Shown: positions 48,245 to 60,400, counted from the first letter of the stretch. The stretch: 64,000 nucleotides of DNA from Deltaproteobacteria bacterium (GCA_040218735.1 JAVJQW010000041.1:320001-384000); one strand, 5' to 3'. Numbers and translations are program-made. The notes: a model not told the origin generated them from the sequence alone.

Positions 48245-49159
48245 GTGGCCCGCAACAAGCAGAAGCAGGCGGCGGAAGAGCTCAAATCCCTCGCCAATAC
48301 CGATCGCGCGCGTGCCGACGCCGTGGACAACGTCCGCCGTCAGCTGAAGACCGTCATCAAGGTCTCCGCCATCTTCCTCGTCGTGACCTGGCTCCTCGCC
48401 TTCGGGTTCTGGAGCGGGTTGCAGTCGAACATCCCGCTGTACGCCGCGGGCGGTCTGACCGTGGCGGTCGGCATCGCGGCGTTCTTCATCAAGCGGAACT
48501 TCGACAAGTCGCAGGAGTTCGGGGCGCTGCTCGGCGAAGGTCTGTCCGACGAGGACCGCGCCGCGCGCATCGCGAAGCTCGACGCGAAGGTCGACAAGGG
48601 TGACGCCACCGCGATCATGACCAAGGCGCAGATGCAGATGCAGGACGCGCCGCGGGAAGCGCTCGAGACTCTGGAAAAAGTCAACCTCGAGAAGGCGAAC
48701 AAGATGGTCGCGACGCAGGTCCGTGGGATGCGCGCGATGATCCACCTGAACCTCGGTGAGCTGAAGGCCGCACGCGAGCTCGCCGACACCGTGGACCTCA
48801 GCAAGACGCCGGATCCCAAGTCGCGCGGGAACGTCGCGGCGATCGTCGCCGAGGCGTGGGCGCGGTCCGGCAACCCGATCGAGGCGGCCGAGCTCCTCGA
48901 CAAGTACGACCCGGACCACAAGGACTTCGAGGACATCCGTGTGCAGCTGCTGCGTGCACGCGCGTTCGCGAGCGCGCACAAGAAGGATATCAACGGGATG
49001 CGGCGCGCTCTGAAGCAGATGAACGAGATCAGCCCGCAGCTGCTCGCGCTGTTCGTCGGCCAGAAGCGCATCCACCCGCTGCTCGAAAAAGAGGCGAAGA
49101 AGAAGCTCGAGAAGAGCGGACTGATGCCTCGCCAGCGCGTGCAGATGGCGCGTCGCTGA
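48245..49159 (+). CDS. Membrane protein with TPR-like helical domain
   Basis: Two N-terminal TM helices followed by helical repeats; strong codon bias. Confidence 0.75.
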   Translation: MARNKQKQAAEELKSLANTDRARADAVDNVRRQLKTVIKVSAIFLVVTWLLAFGFWSGLQSNIPLYAAGGLTVAVGIAAFFIKRNFDKSQEFGALLGEGLSDEDRAARIAKLDAKVDKGDATAIMTKAQMQMQDAPREALETLEKVNLEKANKMVATQVRGMRAMIHLNLGELKAARELADTVDLSKTPDPKSRGNVAAIVAEAWARSGNPIEAAELLDKYDPDHKDFEDIRVQLLRARAFASAHKKDINGMRRALKQMNEISPQLLALFVGQKRIHPLLEKEAKKKLEKSGLMPRQRVQMARR

Positions 49160-49284
49160 ATCAATCCGAGAACCCGCCGCGCTGCGTCGCGCACCCTCGT
49201 CGCGGACCGCGTACAGCGGCGACGTCGGTGTCTTGATTCGCCCTCGGGATGGCTCTCACCCTGGCGTCGAGGGGGGATGGATCC

Positions 49285-49800
49285 ATGCTGACGTTGACGG
49301 TTCGAGACATCATGACGAGTGAGGTCGTGACGGTGTTCGAGCGGGACTCGATGGAGACGGCGGAGCAGACGATGCACGCCGCGCGCGTTCATCACTTGCC
49401 GGTGCTCTCGAGCTCCGGGCGGCTCGTCGGCGTGCTGTCGCACTGCGACGTGCTGCGCGCGACGATGAGCTGCATCGCCGAGCCGACGGCGGACGAGGAG
49501 ACGGCGATCAAACAGTCGATCCCCGTCGCGATGTTGATGCGCGCGCCGGAGGGCGTCATCAGCCCGACGACTTCGGTGCGTCGTGCGGCGCGGCTCTTGT
49601 CGCGCTTCGACTACGGCTGTCTGCCGGTCGTCGAGAACGGACAACTCGTCGGGTTGGTGACGAAGGGGGCCTTCGTCGATCTCGTCGATCGTTTGCTCGA
49701 CGAAGACTCAGCCACGCCGGGCGCGTTCGAGGAGCAGGGGCACTTCTTCCACGGAGGAGACGAAGCGCGCCGCGAGGTCGAGCTTCTCGGTCAGGCGTAG
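49285..49800 (+). CDS. CBS-domain pair protein
   Basis: 'VRDIMTSEV', 'HHLPVL', 'GCLPVVENGQLVGLVT'. Confidence 0.85.
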   Translation: MLTLTVRDIMTSEVVTVFERDSMETAEQTMHAARVHHLPVLSSSGRLVGVLSHCDVLRATMSCIAEPTADEETAIKQSIPVAMLMRAPEGVISPTTSVRRAARLLSRFDYGCLPVVENGQLVGLVTKGAFVDLVDRLLDEDSATPGAFEEQGHFFHGGDEARREVELLGQA

Positions 49801-51225
49801 CTCGAGGGCGTGGCCGGTGCCCGCGGCGAAGAGGTGGCCGGGCATCTTGATCACGCCCAACACGTGACGCTCCGACGACGTGACGCCGGGGCCCTGCCAC
49901 AACCCGACCGAGAGGATGGGCGTCGTGGGGGGCTCCAACGGGATGCGTTTCGTCGCGGGGAGCTGCGTGTTGCGCTCGAACACGAAGTGCGTGGCGCCAC
50001 CGGGGAAGACGATGCCGATCGGGACACTCAGCACGTCGATCAACGTGGCGCCCAGGATGTCACCGACGCTCCGCGCGACGGCGGCCGCGCCGTGCGCGAC
50101 GCAGACGTCCGGGTCGAGGTGTGTGAGGGGCTGTTTGCCGAACGCGTCGGTGAGGCGTCGCCGCACGAGCGGCATTCGCGTCTGACCGCCGACGAGGATG
50201 ACGTGTTTGACGTCGTTCTTCGTCATGCCGCCCTTCGCGAGCATCTCCTCGGTGATGCCGATGGCGCGCTCCACTAGTGGCGCGGTGAGGCGTTCGAGCT
50301 CTCCGCGCGAGAGGTTGTAGTCGAGATCGAACATGCGCCCGCGGCGGTCGTGACCGACCATCGGGACGTGTACGCGAACGGCGTCCTGTGAAGACAGCGC
50401 GCACTTCGCAGCCTCCGCCGCGGCGAGCACACGCTGCGCGACGACCGGCTCCTCCGTGAGGTCGACGCGGTGCTCCTGCTGCGTGTGATCGATGAGGCGG
50501 TCGACGATCGCGCGGTCGAAGTCGATGCCGCCGAGGAAGCCGTCGCCCTGCGTGACCTTCACGTCGAAGACGTCGCCGACGAGCTCGAGCACACTCGCGT
50601 CGAAGGTGCCGCCGCCGAGGTCGAAGATGACGATGCGGGTGTCGAGGCGCTGGCCGTACCCGAACGCGAGGGCGGCGGCGGTCGGTTCGTTCACCAGGCG
50701 CAGGACGTTCAACCCAGCGGCGCGCCCTGCGACCTCGATCGCTTCGCGTTGCCCTTGGTCGAAGTGGGCGGGGACGGAGATGACACAGTCGCGGATGTCG
50801 GTGCGCAGCGCGGCGCTCGCTTGGTGGCGGACCTGATCGAGCACGACCGCGGCCACGCGTGTGAACGGGACGACGTTCGGACCGATCACCGCGCCGAGCT
50901 GTTGATCCGGATCGGTGTGGATGCGGAACGGGAAGCGGTCGCGGTGTCGCTGCACGTACTCGCTGCGGAGCGAGCGACCGATGAACCGCTTCCACCCGTA
51001 GATGGTGGTGAGCGGGTCGGTCAGCATCATGTCCTTCGCGAGCCACCCGACCAGCGGCAGCACGGGGTTCTTCAACGACACCACCGACGGCATGACGGGC
51101 TGACTGCGCCCGTGGAGGATGGAGATCGGTCCCGGGCGGTCGGGTCCATACGCAACGGCTGCGGTGTTCGTGGTGCCGAGGTCGATGCCGAGGACCCACC
51201 CACGCTTGTCACCGAAGAGGTTCAT
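49708..51225 (-). CDS. Atypical Hsp70-family protein (no C-terminal lid)
   Basis: 'GIDLGTTN', 'VNEPTAAALAFG', 'FDLGGGTFD', 'LVGGQTRMP'. About 505 aa. Confidence 0.9.
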   Translation of the reverse strand: MNLFGDKRGWVLGIDLGTTNTAAVAYGPDRPGPISILHGRSQPVMPSVVSLKNPVLPLVGWLAKDMMLTDPLTTIYGWKRFIGRSLRSEYVQRHRDRFPFRIHTDPDQQLGAVIGPNVVPFTRVAAVVLDQVRHQASAALRTDIRDCVISVPAHFDQGQREAIEVAGRAAGLNVLRLVNEPTAAALAFGYGQRLDTRIVIFDLGGGTFDASVLELVGDVFDVKVTQGDGFLGGIDFDRAIVDRLIDHTQQEHRVDLTEEPVVAQRVLAAAEAAKCALSSQDAVRVHVPMVGHDRRGRMFDLDYNLSRGELERLTAPLVERAIGITEEMLAKGGMTKNDVKHVILVGGQTRMPLVRRRLTDAFGKQPLTHLDPDVCVAHGAAAVARSVGDILGATLIDVLSVPIGIVFPGGATHFVFERNTQLPATKRIPLEPPTTPILSVGLWQGPGVTSSERHVLGVIKMPGHLFAAGTGHALELRLTEKLDLAARFVSSVEEVPLLLERARRG

Positions 51226-51277
51226 GAAGAGCGGTCCGGGTGGTTTGACACGCCGAAGGGCGCGAGACAACGCCCGC

Positions 51278-52461
<1,184 letters not shown>

Positions 52462-52465
<4 letters not shown>

Positions 52466-54237
52466 GACGCGAGCACACCCGCGACGACGCCCTTGGCGAC
52501 CGGGTGGTAGCCGTCCTTCGCCGCCGCGAACGTCGCCTCGGCGACCTTCTTGCCCTCGGCGCCCTGCTCGACGAGCGCGACGTAGAGCGGGCGCAGGTAC
52601 TTCATGCGTCCGACCGTCTTCAGAGTCTGAGCGGCGGCGTCGAGCGCGGGGGCGTAGCCGGAGCGCGCGGCGATTTCGAGGAAGCCGACGCGGATCTCGT
52701 AGTTGTTCGAGGCCGCGAGCGAGAACGTCGCGTCGAGCCAGGTCAGCTCCTCGACCGCCATCGTCTTGGGGAGCTGCGACAAGAACACCTGCCACCCGTT
52801 TGCGTCGAACGCGCGCAGCGTCGCTTCGTCGGGGCGCGTGCCCTCCGCGTAGGCGGTCGCGAGCGCGCGGATGCCGTCGAGCTTGTCGGACTTCGCGACG
52901 GGGGCGTCGTCCGGGATCCCGCTGCCGTGAATCCAGCGGTCGAGATCGACCTTCGCGACGCCCTCCGGCAGCGCCTCCTTCACGAACGCCTCGAAGTCCG
53001 GCGTGGTGATCGACGAGAACGAGAACCGCTCGATGTACTTCAGGAGGAACGCGTCGAACGCCTCGCGGCCGACGGCTTCCTCCAGCGCGACGAGGAGCAA
53101 GAAGCCCTTCTCGTACGGCACGAGCGAGTAGACCTCGTCGGGGTCGACGCCCTGCAGATCGTTTTCGAGGCGCGTGAGCTTCGGGTCCTTCTTCGTGAGT
53201 CGCGCGACGTCGCGCTCCAGCGCTTCACGCCCGAGCGCCGCGTGCATCGCGCGCGCTTCGACACCCTCGAGCGCCTCGATGATCCTGCGCTCCGCGTAGA
53301 CGGTGAACCCTTCGTTCAACCAGAAGTCGTTCATGCTCGCGTTCGTCACGAGGTTGCCGGTCCAGGAGTGGGCGAGCTCGTGTGCGACGACGCCGACGAG
53401 GGAGCGGTCCTTCGCGAGCAACGTCGGCGTGAGGAACGTGAGCCGCGGGTTCTCCATCCCGCCGTAGGGGAAGGACGGCGGCATCACCAGCAGGTCGAAG
53501 CGGTCCCAAGGGTACGCGCCGAACAGCGCCTCCGCGCGCTCCAGCATCGAGCCGACGCTCTCGAACTCCCACGCCGCTTCGTCGAGGATCTCCGGCTCCG
53601 CGTACACACGCGTGCGCTCGCCGAGGTCGCGGCTCGCGATGTTCCCCGCGGCGAACGCGAAGAGGTAACTCGGGATGGGTTGCGGCATCTCGAACTCGTG
53701 CGTCGCGCGGTCCGGTGTCGCGTCCTCCTCGACGCGCCGAAGCGACGCCGCCGCCATCACCGCGACGAGGTTGCGCGGGACGTGAATCTTTGTGTGGTAG
53801 GTCGATCGGACGCGGGGCGTGTCCTGACACGGGAGCACGGAGCGCGCGTGAATCGCCTGGCACTGGGTGAACACGTACGGCGCTTCGCCGCCGGCGGTCA
53901 TCGCGGGTTCGAGCCACTGCAGGGCGCTCGCGTCGGGGGACGTCTGGTAGCGGACGACGACGACGTCGCCCGTCGTGTTCACGCGCAGGCGCGCGCCGCG
54001 GATCGGATCACGTGCGCCGAGCTCGTAGTCGAGCGGCTGACCGTCGCCGTCGGTGACGCTCTGGATCGCGAGGTCGCGGGTGTCGAGCGTGAGGGCGCCC
54101 TCGGCGGGGCGGTCGAGCTCGAGCCTCGCGGTGCCCGTGATCGTGCGGGCCCCGAAGTCGAGATCGAGCTCGAGGTCGATGTGGCGCGTGTTCGGCTCTG
54201 CGGCGTCGGCGTAGGCGTGGGGATCCAGCGTGACCAT
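52462..54237 (-). CDS. M1 aminopeptidase (leukotriene A4 hydrolase-like)
   Basis: 'FTQCQAIHARS', 'GGMENP', 'HELAHSW...NEG', 'GRMKYLRPLY'. Confidence 0.93.
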
Positions 54238-54304
54238 CGCCTGGGCGTACCACAGGCGGGCCCCGCCTTGACACGGCGTTGTCTGGCGGCGAGCACAGGC
54301 CCCC

Positions 54305-55051
54305 ATGAAGCGTTACCTCGCTCTCGTCCTCCTCACGGCGTGCAGCACGCCCGCCAAGCCGGCGCCCGAGGCCTCGTCTTCGGATGCGCTCGACGCGGCG
54401 GTCGCCGCCGAAGGGCGCCCGGCCGACGATCGCGCGCGGGACGGTGACCGAAAGCCGGCCGAGATCATGCGTTACTTCGGCGTCGCGCCGGGTGCGACGG
54501 TCGTCGACCTGATGGGCGGCCGCGGTTACTACACGGAGCTGCTGTCGCGCGCCGTCGGCGCCGACGGGAAGGTGTTCGCGCAGAACAATCAGTTCATCCT
54601 CGAGAAGTTCGCGGAGGCGGACCTCGCCGAGCGTGTCGCGCGCCTCGAGCCGAAGAACATCGTTCGTCACGATCGCGAGCTCGATGACCTCGCGTTGCCG
54701 GCCGGCGAGGTCGACGTCGCGGTGATGATCCTGTTCTACCACGACGCCTTCTGGATGGAGGTGGACCGCGCCAAGACCAACGCGCAGATCTTCGCGGCGC
54801 TGAAGCCGGGCGGGATCTACGGGATCATCGATCACCACGCGGAGGCGGGCTCGAAGGACCGCGACGTGAAGACGCTCCACCGCGTCGACGCGGCCGTGGT
54901 GCGCGCCGAGATCGAAGCGGCTGGATTCGAGCTGATCGGTGAGTCCGAGCTGCTGCGCCACGCGGACGACGACCGCACGAAGAACGTGTTCGACCCTTCG
55001 ATCCGCGGCAAGACGGACCGCTTCGTCTTCAAGTTCCGAAAGCCCGAGTAA
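54305..55051 (+). CDS. Exported SAM-dependent methyltransferase-like lipoprotein
   Basis: LTAC lipobox, 'RARDGDRKPAE', 'GYYTELL', 'LKPGG..GIIDHHA', 'TDRFVFKFRKP'. Confidence 0.88.
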   Translation: MKRYLALVLLTACSTPAKPAPEASSSDALDAAVAAEGRPADDRARDGDRKPAEIMRYFGVAPGATVVDLMGGRGYYTELLSRAVGADGKVFAQNNQFILEKFAEADLAERVARLEPKNIVRHDRELDDLALPAGEVDVAVMILFYHDAFWMEVDRAKTNAQIFAALKPGGIYGIIDHHAEAGSKDRDVKTLHRVDAAVVRAEIEAAGFELIGESELLRHADDDRTKNVFDPSIRGKTDRFVFKFRKPE

Positions 55052-55121
55052 GGCGTCTCACATCGTGCCGCGGGACGTTCTTCGCCTGTAGCGCCTGACG
55101 ACCGGGCCGATGTTGACAGCG

Positions 55122-56033
55122 ATGGCCACCCGGACCCCCCGACGCGACGACCAAGAGCTGATCGACCTCGAATGGATGCGGGAGAGCTCCACGCGCTCCG
55201 GTCCGAAGCTGAAGGGCAAGGAAGAGGTCAATCCAGTCCTCGCGAAGAAGGCGATGGACCGCATCGCCGAGCGCCTCGACTCGGAGCAGCCGATCGAAGC
55301 GACCCTCCCCGACGTCGCGCGACAGCTCTACGACCTGTCGCAGGACGTCAACGCCTCCTACGATCGCATCGCCAAGGTCGCCGGTCAGGATCCGCAGATC
55401 GCCGCACGCCTCATTCACCTGGCCAACACGTCCTACTACCAGCGCGACAAACCGGCCGACACCCTCCGTGACGCCGTGTTCCGCATCGGCCTCGGCGCCA
55501 TCCAGACCATGCTCATCCTCCCGGCCCTCGAGAAACGCCTCGTGCGCGACGAGGTCTCGACGAAGCTGTGGCGTCACTCACGTGTGGTCGCGGCCGTCAT
55601 GCCGTTCCTGGCGGGGCTCGCCAAGGTTCGCCCCGATCCGGCGATGCTCGCGGGGCTGCTCCACGACGTCGGGCGCATCGTCCTGTGGCTCGAGCTCGGG
55701 AAGGACAAACTCATCGCACCGTTCGTCGAGGACCTCGGCGACGTGCTGCACGAGTCGCTCGGTGGGCAGCTCGCGCGCCGGTGGTCGTTCCCCGAGTCGG
55801 TGGTCGCGGCGGTCGAGCACCACCACGCGCCGGATCCCGAACAAGCCGATTCGGAGGTCGAGCGGCTCCCGCACGTCGTGTGCATCGGAGATCGCTTGGT
55901 GCGCAGTCACGAGCTCGGGCTCCCCATCGACCCCTCCGCCATCCCGTCCGTCGGGGCGCTTGGGATCCCGGAGCGTCCGGTCGGTGCTCTATTCAAACGA
56001 ATCGCCAAGCTCGAGGCCGAAGCGCTCCACTGA
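55122..56033 (+). CDS. HDOD-domain protein
   Basis: 'LPDVARQL', 'DPQIAARLIHLAN', 'LWRHS', 'AGLLHDVGR', 'W.FPESV'. Confidence 0.9.
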   Translation: MATRTPRRDDQELIDLEWMRESSTRSGPKLKGKEEVNPVLAKKAMDRIAERLDSEQPIEATLPDVARQLYDLSQDVNASYDRIAKVAGQDPQIAARLIHLANTSYYQRDKPADTLRDAVFRIGLGAIQTMLILPALEKRLVRDEVSTKLWRHSRVVAAVMPFLAGLAKVRPDPAMLAGLLHDVGRIVLWLELGKDKLIAPFVEDLGDVLHESLGGQLARRWSFPESVVAAVEHHHAPDPEQADSEVERLPHVVCIGDRLVRSHELGLPIDPSAIPSVGALGIPERPVGALFKRIAKLEAEALH

Positions 56034-56077
56034 CTGGCAACGTGGGCGAGCCTCGACTAGGATTCGTTCGGGCAACG

Positions 56078-57148
56078 ATGGCCACGAACTACGCCGCATT
56101 CGACCACCTCATCGAGGGTGCGCAGGTCATCGACGGCGACTATCGCTACGTCTACGTCAACGAAGCCGTGGCTGCGCAGGGCCGTACGACCGTCGAAGCG
56201 CTCACGGGTCGCAAGATGCAAGAGTGTTATCCGGGCATCGAGCAGACCGAGATCTATCGCCTGATCGGCGAGGTGGCCAAGGCGCGAGAGCCCAGGTCCC
56301 TGATCAACGAGTTCGACTTCCCGGACGGCGAGAAGGGCTACTTCCAGCTGAGACTTCAGCCGGTCGAAGAGGGGGTCCTCGTGATGTCGTTCGACATCAC
56401 GGCGCAGGTGCGCGCGAAGCGAACGCTCGAAGCCGTGAACGAGGAGCTGGAGCAACGTGTCGCGGAGCGCACCGCGCAGCTCGAAGAGAAGAACGAGGAG
56501 CTCGCGCAGCTCGTCTTCATGGCGTCCCACGATCTCCAGGGCCCGCTTCGTACGATCCTCGGGCTCCTCGACGTCCTGCAGGAGGACGTCCTGCCCGAGC
56601 GGATTCGTCCGTCGGTGGGTTTCATCGCGCGCGAGGCCGTGCGGATGCGGGACGTCGTGCACGACGTCGTCGCGTTCTCCGCGCTAGAGCCCACGGGGGC
56701 GACCGAATCCATTGACGCGCGGCGCGTCGTTCACGATGTCGTCGAGGAGCTGTCGAACGCGATCCGCGAGGCGGGCGCCGAGGTCGAGGTGGGCGCGCTC
56801 CCGACGGTCCAGGTCGACGAGCGCGCGCTGCACACGTTGTTCTTCGGGTTGCTGTCCAACGCGATCAAGTTTCGACGCCTCGACGAGCCCCCCCACGTGC
56901 GCGTTGATGCGCTGCGGGAGGATGCGCGGTGGGTGTTCTCGGTGGCTGACGACGGGATCGGCTTCGACATGCAGTACTGCGAGCGCGTGTTCACGATGTT
57001 TCAGCGGCTGCACAAGAAGACCGTGTACGAAGGCACGGGGATCGGCTTGGCGCTCTGCAGGAAGATCGTCGCGATGCACGGCGGCGAGATCTGGGTGAAG
57101 AGCTCGCCCGGCTCCGGGGCGACGTTCTACTTCAGTCTCCCGGTGTAG
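56078..57148 (+). CDS. PAS sensor histidine kinase
   Basis: N-terminal PAS, H-box 'ASHDLQGPL', 'SNAIKF', 'DDGIG', 'GTGIGLA'. Confidence 0.92.
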   Translation: MATNYAAFDHLIEGAQVIDGDYRYVYVNEAVAAQGRTTVEALTGRKMQECYPGIEQTEIYRLIGEVAKAREPRSLINEFDFPDGEKGYFQLRLQPVEEGVLVMSFDITAQVRAKRTLEAVNEELEQRVAERTAQLEEKNEELAQLVFMASHDLQGPLRTILGLLDVLQEDVLPERIRPSVGFIAREAVRMRDVVHDVVAFSALEPTGATESIDARRVVHDVVEELSNAIREAGAEVEVGALPTVQVDERALHTLFFGLLSNAIKFRRLDEPPHVRVDALREDARWVFSVADDGIGFDMQYCERVFTMFQRLHKKTVYEGTGIGLALCRKIVAMHGGEIWVKSSPGSGATFYFSLPV

Positions 57149-57680
57149 CGTCGGATCGGTCGGATCCGCGGTCGTGGTGGAGCGCGCCGAACGCGATCAC
57201 CGCGAGGGCGACATGGACGTTCAGGGACGCGCCCTTGCCGTACATCGGGATGAAGATCTTCTCGTCGACCTCGGCGAGCGCCTTCTTGGTGACGCCGTGG
57301 TCCTCGTGGCCGACGACCAGGCAGGCCTTCTCGGCGAACGCCACGTCGCAGTACGGCACCGCGTCATCCGTGATCTCGACGGCGTACACACGAAAGCCCG
57401 CGGCCTTCGTTCGGCGGATCGCGGCGACGGTGTCCTCCTCGTAGCGCCACGCGACGCGTTTGTCCTTGCCGCGCCCCACCTTGCCGATCAGCTTGTGCGG
57501 AGGCTGCGCGCTGATGCCCGTGAGGAGCATCGATTCGACCTTGCAGGCGTCCGCGATGCGAAATGCGGCGCCGACGTTGACCGGATCTTCGACGTCCTGG
57601 AGCAGGAAGCGAAGCGTCGTCTTCGACCGGGGCTGTCTGCGCATCATGCGCTTGATCTCGGTTTTTCGGGTCGGGCTCAT
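57132..57680 (-). CDS. TrmH/SpoU-family RNA methyltransferase
   Basis: 'DPVNVGAAFRIADA', 'VGHEDHGV', 'IPMYGKGASLNV'. Confidence 0.9.
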   Translation of the reverse strand: MSPTRKTEIKRMMRRQPRSKTTLRFLLQDVEDPVNVGAAFRIADACKVESMLLTGISAQPPHKLIGKVGRGKDKRVAWRYEEDTVAAIRRTKAAGFRVYAVEITDDAVPYCDVAFAEKACLVVGHEDHGVTKKALAEVDEKIFIPMYGKGASLNVHVALAVIAFGALHHDRGSDRSDATPGD

Positions 57681-57805
57681 TGGGGAGAACAGTCGCCGTC
57701 CGCTGGCGACCGTATCACTCATCTTAGAGCGCAAAAACAGGGTGGATCCGGAGGGTTGCGGAGAACCGGGTTCGGATGCCTATAAGGGGGCTCGGCGGTT
57801 CTTTC

Positions 57806-60400
57806 GTGCGCACGGAGACCACACTTCTTTCGGTCTTGTCGTTCGCGTTGGCGTTCGTGCTCCTCGCGACGGACGCGTTCGCGCAGGCGCCCGGACCGAT
57901 GTCCCGCGCCCACCGCGAGCTCAACGGTCCGCTCAACTGCAACAAGTGTCACGCGGCGGGGAACAGCGTCCCCGACGACAAGTGCCTCGCGTGCCACACC
58001 CACCAGCCGCTCCGCGCACGCATCCGCGCGAAGAAAGGCTTCCACGCGACGGACGACGTCAAGAGCAAGGCGTGCAAGGACTGCCACGCGGAGCACGTCG
58101 AGGAGCCGCCCGGGTCCGGCAAGGGGCGACGCACGACGATCGACTGGCGACCGTTCGGCGGTAAACGCAACTTCAACCACCGACTCACCGGGTGGCCGCT
58201 CGAGGGCGCGCACCGCTACGCGAAGTGCGAGAAGTGCCACGACAAGAAGTACCCGAAGTCGAAGTTGCCGACCTACCTCGGCGCGCGCGGGGAGTGCACG
58301 ACCTGTCACTTCGGAACGAAGAAGAAGGGCGGGGTCGGCGGCCACAACCCGCACGAGTTCACGGACGTCACGCTGACGAACTGCCAGACGTGCCACTCGT
58401 TCGCGAACTTCAAGGTGCTCAACCTCGGCGCGACGAAGTTCGACCACGACAAGACCGCGTACCCGCTCGTCGGGCGGCACCTGAGGAACAAGTGCGTCGA
58501 GTGTCACGAGGACATCAAGACGTTCAAGGTGAAGAAGGACTTCTCGGACTGCAAAGGCTGTCACGAGGACTCGCACCGCTCCGTCATCTCGGCGACGCGC
58601 AAGTGCAGCAGCTGCCACAACCCGAAGACGGTGTTCCGCAAGACGCGCTTCGATCACGGCAAGGAGACGACGTTCCCGCTGCGTGGCCAACACGCGAAGA
58701 ACCGCTGCAAGGACTGTCACAAGCTCGGGAGCAAACCCGAGAAGCCGTCGAAGCGCTGCGAGAGCTGCCACGAGGACGCGCACGAGAAGCGCTTCGACCC
58801 CGAGCCGTGTGAAGGCTGCCACCTCGATACGGGGTGGAAGAACATGCGGTTCGACCACGACAAGAAGACGAAGTTCAGGCTGACGGGCCAGCACGAGAAG
58901 ACGAGCTGCACGACGTGTCACCGCTTCGGGATCAAGAAGCGATTCGAGCGGTTCAAGACGACGGACTGCGCGTCGTGCCACGCGCACGACCAGGCGCACT
59001 GCGGTCAGTTCGGGCTCGAGAACTGTCAGCGCTGCCACGTGCAGGGCGGCGACCGGACTTCGAAGTTCGACCACGCGGTGACGCGCTTCCCGCTCGAGCG
59101 TGCGCACGCGGCGGTCGACTGCTCGCGTTGCCACAAACCCGCGAAGCTCGGCAACTCACCCGAGTGCCGCGACGCGGTGAAGTACACCGGCCTCGATCCG
59201 CAGTGCGCGGGGTGTCACGTCGACATCCACAAGGGTGAGCTCGGTGACGACTGCGCGAAGTGCCACACGAGCGGCGAGAACTTCAAGACGCTGGTGTTCG
59301 ACCACAACGCGGACTCGCGGTTCCCGCTGACCGGTTTCCACCAGCTCGTCGAGTGCGAGAACTGCCACCCGGGGCGAAAGTACAAGATCGAGCAGATCGT
59401 CTGCGTCGACTGCCACAAGAAGGACGACGTCCACATCGACGCGCTCGGTACGGACTGCGCGAAGTGCCACGAGACGACCGGCGGCGCGCCGAAGTTCGAG
59501 CACGACATCCACACCGAGTTCGAGCTGCGCGGGACCCACCGCCGCATCGAGTGCGAGCGCTGCCACTTCCTGACGCCGGACGGTCTGTCCTACGCGGAGG
59601 CCACGCAGGCGCCCGACGCCGGCGTCGTCGACGCAGGAGTGGGCGGCGCCGACGCGGGCGTGAACGCGGCCGACGGCGGTGCGCCGGACGGCGGCGTGGT
59701 CGCGAAGGCCGCCGAAGCGAAGGCCGCCGAAGCAAAGGCCGCGCGCATCCTCGCGTCGACGGCCGAGCCGGGGGCTCCGCTCGACCTGCAGTTCCGCGCG
59801 GCCGGGAAGGCCTGCGATACCTGCCACCCCGACCCGCACAAGGTCCGCGAGTCACTCGACTGCGGTTCGTGCCACGGCGAGGCGACGTGGAAGAGCCCGC
59901 CGAAGAACGGCTACCACGAGCGCGCGGGCTTCGCGCTGACGGGCGCGCACACGGTCGTCGCGTGTTCGATGTGCCACTCCGGCGCGGGGAGCCTCGCGGG
60001 GCGCGGCGAGCGTTGCGGCGGATGCCACCAGCAGGACGACGTACACGCGGGGTCGCTGCGCTCCGACTGCGGTCGTTGCCACGACCAGTCGGCGTGGATG
60101 CCGACGACGTTCAACCACGTCGACACCGGCTACGTGCTGCAGGGGCTGCACCGCACACTCGACTGCCGTCAGTGCCACCAGGCCGGTAACTTCTTCATCG
60201 GCGGGCAGCGCTGTGCGAACTGCCACCTCGACGATTACCGGCAGTCCGACTGGCACAACATCGACCTGATCGTGAACCGCGGCTTCGTCGGCGTGGACAA
60301 GTTCTACGTCGTCGGCGGCCAGTCGATCGAACAAGAGAGCTTCGAGTGCGACTACTGCCACAAGAACCAGTGGTCGTGGGAGCTGGGGGTCATCGAGTGA
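57806..60400 (+). CDS. Exported multiheme cytochrome c, 30 CxxCH motifs (about ten triheme repeats)
   Basis: 30 CxxCH counted by hand. Repeat FDH..T.FPL.G.H; signal peptide ending AFA-Q; GTG start at 57806. Confidence 0.95.
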   Translation: MRTETTLLSVLSFALAFVLLATDAFAQAPGPMSRAHRELNGPLNCNKCHAAGNSVPDDKCLACHTHQPLRARIRAKKGFHATDDVKSKACKDCHAEHVEEPPGSGKGRRTTIDWRPFGGKRNFNHRLTGWPLEGAHRYAKCEKCHDKKYPKSKLPTYLGARGECTTCHFGTKKKGGVGGHNPHEFTDVTLTNCQTCHSFANFKVLNLGATKFDHDKTAYPLVGRHLRNKCVECHEDIKTFKVKKDFSDCKGCHEDSHRSVISATRKCSSCHNPKTVFRKTRFDHGKETTFPLRGQHAKNRCKDCHKLGSKPEKPSKRCESCHEDAHEKRFDPEPCEGCHLDTGWKNMRFDHDKKTKFRLTGQHEKTSCTTCHRFGIKKRFERFKTTDCASCHAHDQAHCGQFGLENCQRCHVQGGDRTSKFDHAVTRFPLERAHAAVDCSRCHKPAKLGNSPECRDAVKYTGLDPQCAGCHVDIHKGELGDDCAKCHTSGENFKTLVFDHNADSRFPLTGFHQLVECENCHPGRKYKIEQIVCVDCHKKDDVHIDALGTDCAKCHETTGGAPKFEHDIHTEFELRGTHRRIECERCHFLTPDGLSYAEATQAPDAGVVDAGVGGADAGVNAADGGAPDGGVVAKAAEAKAAEAKAARILASTAEPGAPLDLQFRAAGKACDTCHPDPHKVRESLDCGSCHGEATWKSPPKNGYHERAGFALTGAHTVVACSMCHSGAGSLAGRGERCGGCHQQDDVHAGSLRSDCGRCHDQSAWMPTTFNHVDTGYVLQGLHRTLDCRQCHQAGNFFIGGQRCANCHLDDYRQSDWHNIDLIVNRGFVGVDKFYVVGGQSIEQESFECDYCHKNQWSWELGVIE

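Noticed and set aside
55122-57148. HDOD plus orphan PAS kinase as a novel signalling system
   Set aside because: Both families are very common in this kind of genome and nothing beyond adjacency links them.
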